Origin: Alphaproteobacteria bacterium
GTDB lineage: Bacteria > Pseudomonadota > Alphaproteobacteria > UBA7985
Length of the DNA stretch: 62,030 nt
Reading direction: 5' to 3'
Assembly (NCBI GenBank): GCA_049612785.1
Contig: JBMZBW010000002.1
Coordinates: 1-62,030 of the forward strand
The translations under genes and the position numbers were made by a program. Under the pieces are notes generated by a model. The model ran no database searches. It saw only the letters and a program-made list of their open reading frames with translations, and had not been told where the DNA came from. Shown piece by piece: positions 56,171 to 62,030 of this stretch. Numbering within the stretch: position 1 is the first letter of the stretch; each line of letters opens with the position of its first letter.

Positions 56171-56920
56171 ATGAAGGCGCTCGTCTGCGTAAAGCGCGTG
56201 GTGGATTACAACGTGAAAATCCGGGTTAAGCCGGACAACAGCGCTGTTGATCTGGCCAACGTGAAAATGTCCATGAACCCTTTTGATGAGATTGCAGTAG
56301 AAGAAGCAATCCGGATGAAGGAAGCAGGCATTGTTGAAGAAATCATTGCCGTATCGCTTGGCGAGGCCAAGAGTCAGGAAACCATTCGCACGGCGCTCGC
56401 CATGGGCGCGGATCGCGGCATTCTTGTGGAAACAGATGAAGAGCTACAGCCGCTGGCAATTGCCAAGCTGCTGAAAGGCATCATCGAAAAAGAAGAGCCG
56501 GGTATTGTTGTTCTGGGCAAGCAAGCCATCGACGGTGACAACAACCAGACGGGCCAGATGCTCGCAGCGTTGTTGGGTTGGCCTCAGGGAACTTTCGCAT
56601 CCAAGGTCGAAAAAGACGGTGATACGCTGAAAGTCACGCGTGAAGTTGATAGCGGCCTGCAAGTCGTCACGATGCCTCTGCCTGCTATCGTAACCGCAGA
56701 CCTGCGCCTGAATGAGCCGCGTTACGCGTCGCTACCGAACATCATGAAGGCCAAGAAAAAGCCAATCGACACCATGACGCCGGGCGATCTGGGTGTTGAT
56801 GTTGCGCCACGCCTGTCCACTGTATCCGTATCCGAGCCGCCAGCGCGTGCTGCGGGTGTGCTGGTTGGCAGCGTAGGCGAGCTGATCGACAAACTGAAAA
56901 ACGACGCCAAAGTCGTCTGA
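56171..56920 (+). CDS. etfB: electron transfer flavoprotein subunit beta
   Basis: [19 protein letters not shown]...[11 protein letters not shown], the canonical EtfB N-terminus. 249 aa. Confidence 0.9.
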   Translation: MKALVCVKRVVDYNVKIRVKPDNSAVDLANVKMSMNPFDEIAVEEAIRMKEAGIVEEIIAVSLGEAKSQETIRTALAMGADRGILVETDEELQPLAIAKLLKGIIEKEEPGIVVLGKQAIDGDNNQTGQMLAALLGWPQGTFASKVEKDGDTLKVTREVDSGLQVVTMPLPAIVTADLRLNEPRYASLPNIMKAKKKPIDTMTPGDLGVDVAPRLSTVSVSEPPARAAGVLVGSVGELIDKLKNDAKVV

Positions 56921-56940
56921 GAACCGAGGGAAACAAGAAC

Positions 56941-57870
56941 ATGAGCATTCTGGTTTATCTGGAGCATGATGCTGACGGCATCAAAGCAACCTCTCTTTCC
57001 GCTGTCGCCGCAGCCAAGCAGATTGGTGGTGACATCACGGCTTTGGTTGCAGGTGAAGGCGCTGATGCCGCTGCTGACGCCGCTGCGAAAGTGGACGGTG
57101 TATCGGCTGTGATCAAAGCTTCTGACGCGGCTTACAGCAACGAGATCGCTGAAAACATTGCGCCGCTGTTGATTGCAGCGAGCGAAGGCAAGACGCACTT
57201 GGTTGCTGCTGCCACCACGGTTGGAAAGAACATCCTGCCGCGCGCAGCTGCGCTGATGGACGTTCAGCCGATTTCTGATATTTCCGCCGTGGTAGACGCT
57301 GACACGTTCGAGCGTCCGATCTATGCCGGTAACGCCATCGCAACCGTAAAGTCATCTGACAGCATCAAGGTCCTGACGGTGAGAACAGCCAACTTTGACC
57401 CGGTTGCCGCTGAAGGCGGTTCAGCCTCAATATCAGACCTTGCAGGCGCAGGTCCTGCGGGCCTGACGGCTTGGGTTGCCGATGAACTGTCCACCAGTGA
57501 TCGTCCCGAGCTGACTTCTGCTTCTATCGTGGTTTCCGGCGGTCGCGGCATGGGTTCGGCAGAGAACTTCACCATTCTCGACACGCTTGCTGACAAACTG
57601 GGTGCAGCCGTTGGTGCGTCGCGCGCTGCTGTAGACGCTGGGTTTGCGCCAAACGAGTATCAGGTGGGTCAGACGGGTAAAGTCGTGTCTCCGGACCTCT
57701 ACATCGCTGCGGGTATTTCCGGCGCGATCCAGCACCTTGCCGGCATGAAAGACTCCAAGGTCATCGTGGCCATCAACAAGGATGAAGAAGCACCTATTTT
57801 CCAGGTTGCAGACTACGGTCTCGTTGCCGACCTGTTTGATGCTGTGCCTGAATTATCCTCCGGCCTCTAG
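56941..57870 (+). CDS. etfA: electron transfer flavoprotein subunit alpha
   Basis: 309 aa. C-terminal FAD-binding motif [27 protein letters not shown]. Confidence 0.9.
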   Translation: MSILVYLEHDADGIKATSLSAVAAAKQIGGDITALVAGEGADAAADAAAKVDGVSAVIKASDAAYSNEIAENIAPLLIAASEGKTHLVAAATTVGKNILPRAAALMDVQPISDISAVVDADTFERPIYAGNAIATVKSSDSIKVLTVRTANFDPVAAEGGSASISDLAGAGPAGLTAWVADELSTSDRPELTSASIVVSGGRGMGSAENFTILDTLADKLGAAVGASRAAVDAGFAPNEYQVGQTGKVVSPDLYIAAGISGAIQHLAGMKDSKVIVAINKDEEAPIFQVADYGLVADLFDAVPELSSGL

Positions 57871-57903
57871 GCTGCCGGACTGCGCGTTTGCGCGAAATTA
57901 AAC

Positions 57904-57935
57904 AGGGGAGGTTCTGGTGAGCCTCCCCTTTTTCT
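57904..57935 (+). terminator. rho-independent terminator after etfA
   Basis: Stem AGGGGAGG (57904-57911) / CCTCCCCT (57922-57929), followed by TTTTTC. Confidence 0.7.
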
Positions 57936-58038
57936 TTGGTGGGTCTCAGACCTCAAAGTAAATTGAATCCTATCTTTCGATCCATCAAAGCGGTTAGGAT
58001 CAACTGAATTCTTATTATCGCTTTGAGGGAAAATACCC

Positions 58039-58578
58039 ATGTCTGCGTCCCACGGTTACAATCCGCTGTCTGTGCTCCTGCACTGGTTCACGGTCCTTTG
58101 GTTCTGCATCATGTGGCCGGCGGGTGTTTTAATCTCGCAGTGGAATAGCGCGCCGGATTTCGTTTATGACCTGCATGTCACCGTAGGTGTTTGCGGTGCC
58201 GCCATTATTCTGTTCCGTGTGTTCAACCGTGTCGGACGCGGTTTTGCCGCTGCAAATCCTGCCCATGCGACCTGGGAACGTCACTTGGCACGTACCGTTC
58301 AATGGGTCTTTTTGGCTGCGCTGACGATTGCTATCGCAACAGGTTTACTCAAAGCCTTTATGGGTGGTGGGTCGCAGTACTTTTTGTGGGGGAGCGAGCT
58401 CCCGCGACTGGGTCGACTGGGCGATCTGAGCGACGGTGTCGACCTCATTCACCGCATCTGTTCCTTCATCCTGTTCCTTGCCGTCATCCTGCATATTGCA
58501 GGCGCACTGAAACACAGCCTGTTGCAGAAAGACGGCACGCTGATGCGTATCCTGAAGCCCGCTTCACCGGGAAAATAG
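58039..58578 (+). CDS. cytochrome b561 family protein
   Basis: 179 aa with four TM helices and conserved His residues (LLHWF..., ...HR..., HIAGALKH). Confidence 0.7.
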   Translation: MSASHGYNPLSVLLHWFTVLWFCIMWPAGVLISQWNSAPDFVYDLHVTVGVCGAAIILFRVFNRVGRGFAAANPAHATWERHLARTVQWVFLAALTIAIATGLLKAFMGGGSQYFLWGSELPRLGRLGDLSDGVDLIHRICSFILFLAVILHIAGALKHSLLQKDGTLMRILKPASPGK

Positions 58579-58581
58579 GCC

Positions 58582-59379
58582 CTAAAGTGTGAACTCCGGC
58601 GCGGTAGGGGGGTGGTCCAGCGGTGATTTAAAGCACGCGATGTAGGATACCCCTGTATCGTCGGTCAGCATCCACTTATCGAGCAGCGGATTAAACATAA
58701 AACCTTTGATCTGTTCGGGACGGAGACCGTTGTCTTCCACCATTTTGAACATCTCCGCCGGTGTCACAAACCTGCGCCAGTCATGGGTTCCTTTTGGCAG
58801 CCATTGAAGAACATACTCAGCAGCGACGATCCCAAGGGCAAAACTGCGGATTGTCTTGTTGAAGGTCGACATGAACACCAGACCGCCGTTCGCCCGCGCG
58901 CCTGTTACATCGGCAACGAAGGCTGGTGGGTCGTTGACGTGCTCGATGATTTCCAGCGCCAAAACAGCATCATAGCGCTCGCCAGCTTCAACCAAGTCAG
59001 CCACGGTTGCGACGCGATAGTCGATGTCCAAACCCATTTGTTCCGCGTGAATCTGTGCAACTGGAATGTTCGCGGGCGTTGCATCAACGCCGGTGACTTG
59101 CGCCCCAAGTCGGGCCAGTGGTTCGCAGACCAAACCGCCTCCGCAACCCACGTCTAGAATTTTTAGCCCGTCAAACGGCTTTGGTGCGTCCAAATCTCGC
59201 TCAAAATGCTTGGCGATCTGTTCGGTCAGAAATCGGATACGTGTTGGATTCAGTTTGTGAAGGGGCCGAAAGTCGCCGTGCGGATCCCACCAACTTGCCG
59301 CCATTCTGGTAAACTTCTCCACCTCGGCCGGATCCACCGTATGACCGGTGTTGGTGTTCGTTTGCTCGGTATCCAACAT
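58582..59379 (-). CDS. ubiG: ubiquinone biosynthesis O-methyltransferase
   Basis: From ATG 59379: FTRMAASWWDPHGDFRPLHKLNP and the SAM motif ILDVGCGGGL. The ORF-track N-terminal extension to 59694 overlaps lysC and is rejected. Confidence 0.85.
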   Translation of the reverse strand: MLDTEQTNTNTGHTVDPAEVEKFTRMAASWWDPHGDFRPLHKLNPTRIRFLTEQIAKHFERDLDAPKPFDGLKILDVGCGGGLVCEPLARLGAQVTGVDATPANIPVAQIHAEQMGLDIDYRVATVADLVEAGERYDAVLALEIIEHVNDPPAFVADVTGARANGGLVFMSTFNKTIRSFALGIVAAEYVLQWLPKGTHDWRRFVTPAEMFKMVEDNGLRPEQIKGFMFNPLLDKWMLTDDTGVSYIACFKSPLDHPPTAPEFTL

Positions 59380-59464
59380 GCGTCTCCTGCCGTTGCAGCC
59401 AGTGAAGAGTTTCAGTAACCCATATGTCGGGTTTTTTGCCCTGATAAACAAGCAGGTTGGGTCA

Positions 59465-60706
59465 ATGGCGCGCATTGTCATGAAGTTTGGGGGCACCTCT
59501 GTGGGTGACCTGGACCGTATCCGAAACGTCGCTCGACGGGTTAAGGCGGAGCACGACGCTGGTAACGAAGTTGCCGTGGTCGTATCGGCCATGTCCGGTG
59601 AGACCAATCGGTTGGTCGGTTTGGTCTCAGAAGCAGCTGCCCTGTATGATACGCGCGAGTACGATGTCGTTGTATCAACGGGTGAGCAGGTCACAGTTGG
59701 GGTTCTTTCCGTGATTCTCCAGTCGATGGGGGTTGATGCACGGTCTTGGCTGGGGTGGCAGTTGCCTTTTCAGACCGAGGACGTTCACGGGAACGCCCGA
59801 ATACTCGACATCGACACCCGTGAGATCGAAAAACGCTTTGCCGAAACGCGCGAAGTTGCCGTTGTGCCGGGCTTCCAGGGCGTCAGTCCCCGTAATCGTA
59901 TTACAACGCTGGGCCGGGGCGGTTCAGATACTTCTGCCGTCGCTCTAGCCGCCGCCTTGAACGCGGATCGTTGCGACATCTACACGGACGTTGACGGCGT
60001 TTACACCACTGACCCGCGCGTGACGGATAAGGCGCGGAAGCTGGATCGCATCAGCCATGAAGAGATGCTGGAAATGGCGTCGCTGGGTGCAAAAGTACTC
60101 CAAACCCGCAGCGTATCGATTGCCATGAGTCATGGTGTCCCGCTGCAGGTACTCTCTAGTTTTGAAGATAAGCCGGGGACGTTGGTCACGGCAGAGGATG
60201 AAAGCATGGAAAAAGACGTCGTATCAGGCATTGCCTTTTCTCGCGATGAAGCACGCGTCACTCTCATCGGGATCCCAGACCGCCCCGGCGTAGCTGCAAC
60301 GATTTTTGGTGCACTGGGTGATGCGGCGATCAACGTTGACATGATTGTGCAGTCGCGCACGGTCATCGATGGCGACGAGAAGACGGATATGACCTTTACC
60401 TGCGGTCAGGCTGATTTACCGCGCGCCTTGGCCCTCATGGAAGAAAAACACGCGGATATCGAATACAAAGAGCTTGAGTCTGATCAGGACGTGGCCAAGG
60501 TCTCTATCGTTGGCGTTGGTATGCGAACAAACTCTGGCGTGGCGAAAACCATGTTTGGTGCGCTGGCCGAAAAGAATATCAACATCAAGGTTATCACCAC
60601 GTCCGAGATCAAGACTTCTGTTCTGGTGGGCGCAGATTACCTCGAGTTGGCGGTTCGAACCTTACATGACGCCTTCGGGCTCGAGGGCGATCCCAACAAG
60701 GCATAA
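59465..60706 (+). CDS. lysC: aspartate kinase
   Basis: From ATG 59465: MARIVMKFGGTSV. Two C-terminal ACT domains. 413 aa. Confidence 0.9.
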   Translation: MARIVMKFGGTSVGDLDRIRNVARRVKAEHDAGNEVAVVVSAMSGETNRLVGLVSEAAALYDTREYDVVVSTGEQVTVGVLSVILQSMGVDARSWLGWQLPFQTEDVHGNARILDIDTREIEKRFAETREVAVVPGFQGVSPRNRITTLGRGGSDTSAVALAAALNADRCDIYTDVDGVYTTDPRVTDKARKLDRISHEEMLEMASLGAKVLQTRSVSIAMSHGVPLQVLSSFEDKPGTLVTAEDESMEKDVVSGIAFSRDEARVTLIGIPDRPGVAATIFGALGDAAINVDMIVQSRTVIDGDEKTDMTFTCGQADLPRALALMEEKHADIEYKELESDQDVAKVSIVGVGMRTNSGVAKTMFGALAEKNINIKVITTSEIKTSVLVGADYLELAVRTLHDAFGLEGDPNKA

Positions 60707-60707
60707 A

Positions 60708-60738
60708 TAAAAAAAGGGCGCACAAGGCGCCCTTTTTG
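60708..60738. terminator. bidirectional rho-independent terminator shared by lysC and rpoH
   Basis: A-run, then stem AGGGCGC (60715-60721) / GCGCCCT (60727-60733), then T-run. Sits between convergent genes. Confidence 0.75.
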
Positions 60739-60763
60739 CTGTTCCGGGTGGAGAGGCCCGTAC

Positions 60764-61648
60764 TTAGCTTTCCAAATACAAGTCATCGGCCTGACCGACA
60801 CGATCCATCATAAATGTCTTGAGCTTGTTCATCGCGCGGTGTTCCAGCTGGCGCACGCGCTCCTTTGACACACCGAAGTGCTTACCAAGTTCTTCGAGCG
60901 TAACGCCGTCGTCTGTCAGACGGCGCATGCGAATGATTTTTGCTTCGCGTTCACCCAGATTACCCAGTGCTTCTTCAAGCCAATTCCGGCGCACGTCACT
61001 GTCATGGTCCATGATCGTGTTTTCTTCCGGTGTGGGGCGCTCGTCGGACAGCATGTTCTGCCACTCCTGATCACCATCCTCACCCACAACAGCGTTCAGC
61101 GACCCGTCAGCACCGGACAGGCGGCCTTCCATAGCTTCCACGTCGCGGAGCGGCACGCCAAGGGTCTCTGCGATTTCTTCGCGACCGTCCTGGTTGAGCT
61201 GTTCGCCCGTCTTTTCTTCGATCTTCGACCGCAGGCGACGCAGGTTGAAGAACAGTGACTTCTGAGAAGCGGTTGTTCCCGTTCTTACAATCGACCAGTT
61301 GCGCAAGATAAAGTCCTGCATCGCAGAACGGATCCACCAAGACGCGTAGGTCGAGAAGCGAACGTCACGATCCGGCTCGAACCGGTTTGCGGCGTGCAGG
61401 AGACCGACGACGCCTTCCTGGATCAGGTCCCCCATGGGAAGACCGTAGTTGCGGAAGCGACCTGCTGTAGACACCACCAAACGGTTGTACGCGTTGATGA
61501 GCTCGTGCAGGGCATGATCGTCATTTTCCTCGCGCCATGCCCGAGCAAGCGCATACTCATGCTCGCGGCTAAGAAGCGGCGTTTCCATCGAACGCTTAAT
61601 GAACGCAATATTAGCGCGGCGTGTTTCGCTGTCGTCAAATGCCGTCAT
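60764..61648 (-). CDS. rpoH: RNA polymerase sigma-32 (heat-shock) factor
   Basis: Sigma-70 regions 2-4 plus an RpoH-box-like segment SQKSLFFNLRRLR. 294 aa. Confidence 0.9.
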   Translation of the reverse strand: MTAFDDSETRRANIAFIKRSMETPLLSREHEYALARAWREENDDHALHELINAYNRLVVSTAGRFRNYGLPMGDLIQEGVVGLLHAANRFEPDRDVRFSTYASWWIRSAMQDFILRNWSIVRTGTTASQKSLFFNLRRLRSKIEEKTGEQLNQDGREEIAETLGVPLRDVEAMEGRLSGADGSLNAVVGEDGDQEWQNMLSDERPTPEENTIMDHDSDVRRNWLEEALGNLGEREAKIIRMRRLTDDGVTLEELGKHFGVSKERVRQLEHRAMNKLKTFMMDRVGQADDLYLES

Positions 61649-61846
61649 GATCTCGTTCCTTTTACCTGCGCTTCATGCGCAATTGGTATGACCAAGAACG
61701 ATGGTACTACCAAATGCGACAATGAAAAGGGCAAAAGGTCATACCAGTGCAAGAGTGCGACAACATGTCCATTTTTTCACGGCGCCGTGAAGGCCAATGC
61801 AAAAAATGCAGGCTTTCAGAGGCTTCGTTGCATTCTTTTGGAAAAA

Positions 61847-62030
61847 TCAGGCTTCGAAGGCTTCGACGATGTCGCCGTTTCGGTCAATGCAGCAAGTGAG
61901 TAAAGGACCACCAAAACCACAACCGGCGTCTACAAAAGTCGCGTGCTGGAGTTCAGAAATGCCCAAGTGGTTGGGGTGCCAACCGGCAAAAACACGTTTG
62001 AAACCATCAAAAGGCTGTTCAAGGCGGAGG
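61847..62030 (-). CDS. metallophosphoesterase/ApaH-like phosphatase, C-terminal fragment (runs off the window)
   Basis: My own translation of the minus strand gives ...FAGWHPNHLGISELQHATFVDAGCGFGGPLLTCCIDRNGDIVEAFEA*. The GHxxx...IDxGxxxGGxL pattern is typical of this family. The stop codon is at 61847-61849. Confidence 0.45.
   Translation of the reverse strand, partial: LRLEQPFDGFKRVFAGWHPNHLGISELQHATFVDAGCGFGGPLLTCCIDRNGDIVEAFEA

Noticed and set aside
59348-59694. The ORF-track N-terminal extensions of ubiG (to 59694) and lysC (from 59348) make the two divergent genes overlap by about 350 nt.
   Set aside because: Family-typical N-termini begin at ATG 59379 (MLDTEQ...VDPAEVEKF) for ubiG and at ATG 59465 (MARIVMKFGGTSV) for lysC. 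The extensions are antisense read-through of each other's 5' regions.
61394-61903. The 169-aa plus-strand ORF spanning the rpoH 5' end and its upstream region.
   Set aside because: It is antisense to the well-supported rpoH N-terminus and crosses the intergenic region and the 3' end of the phosphatase gene. Its composition is Cys/Arg-rich with no motifs.

Overview
This is a 62-kb chromosomal segment whose gene content and synteny fit a (probably marine) alphaproteobacterium. GC is roughly mid-to-high 50s % by eye. It falls into three blocks. (1) 1-20.1 kb is housekeeping: gluQ, ruvCAB, ybgC-tolQRA-tolB-pal-cpoB, tilS, ftsH, folP, a GST, a HAD hydrolase and an OmpR-type two-component pair. (2) tRNA-Thr(CGU) at 20159-20234 is followed by about 33 kb of transport and catabolic operons with several local regulators. 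These are: LysR plus ugpBAEC-ugpQ; a low-GC orphan methyltransferase followed by a 450-nt non-coding gap; a Liv-type ABC importer co-oriented with an aminotransferase, an Ldh_2-family enzyme and an SDR; a convergent operon of SRPBCC-like protein, PLP decarboxylase, ureohydrolase, TetR and SDR; and an XRE-cupin-regulated CUT2-type ABC importer followed by two different hydantoinase/oxoprolinase-type enzyme sets plus DUF917 and GAF proteins. (3) 53.6-62 kb is housekeeping again: apt, metA, etfBA, cytochrome b561, ubiG, lysC, rpoH and a partial metallophosphoesterase. I see no rRNA, CRISPR array, IS/transposase, integrase, prophage or recognisable defence system. The best candidates for undescribed biology are the hydantoinase/DUF917/GAF/HyuAB transport operon (40.9-52.0 kb), the guanidino/amine catabolic island (28.0-40.7 kb), the divergent HTH/mini-ORF pair with twin palindromic operators (52.96-53.54 kb), the ugpQ gene that lacks a canonical start codon, and the low-GC methyltransferase with its non-coding neighbour. 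All functional calls rest on motif recognition by eye and gene context. No database search was run.
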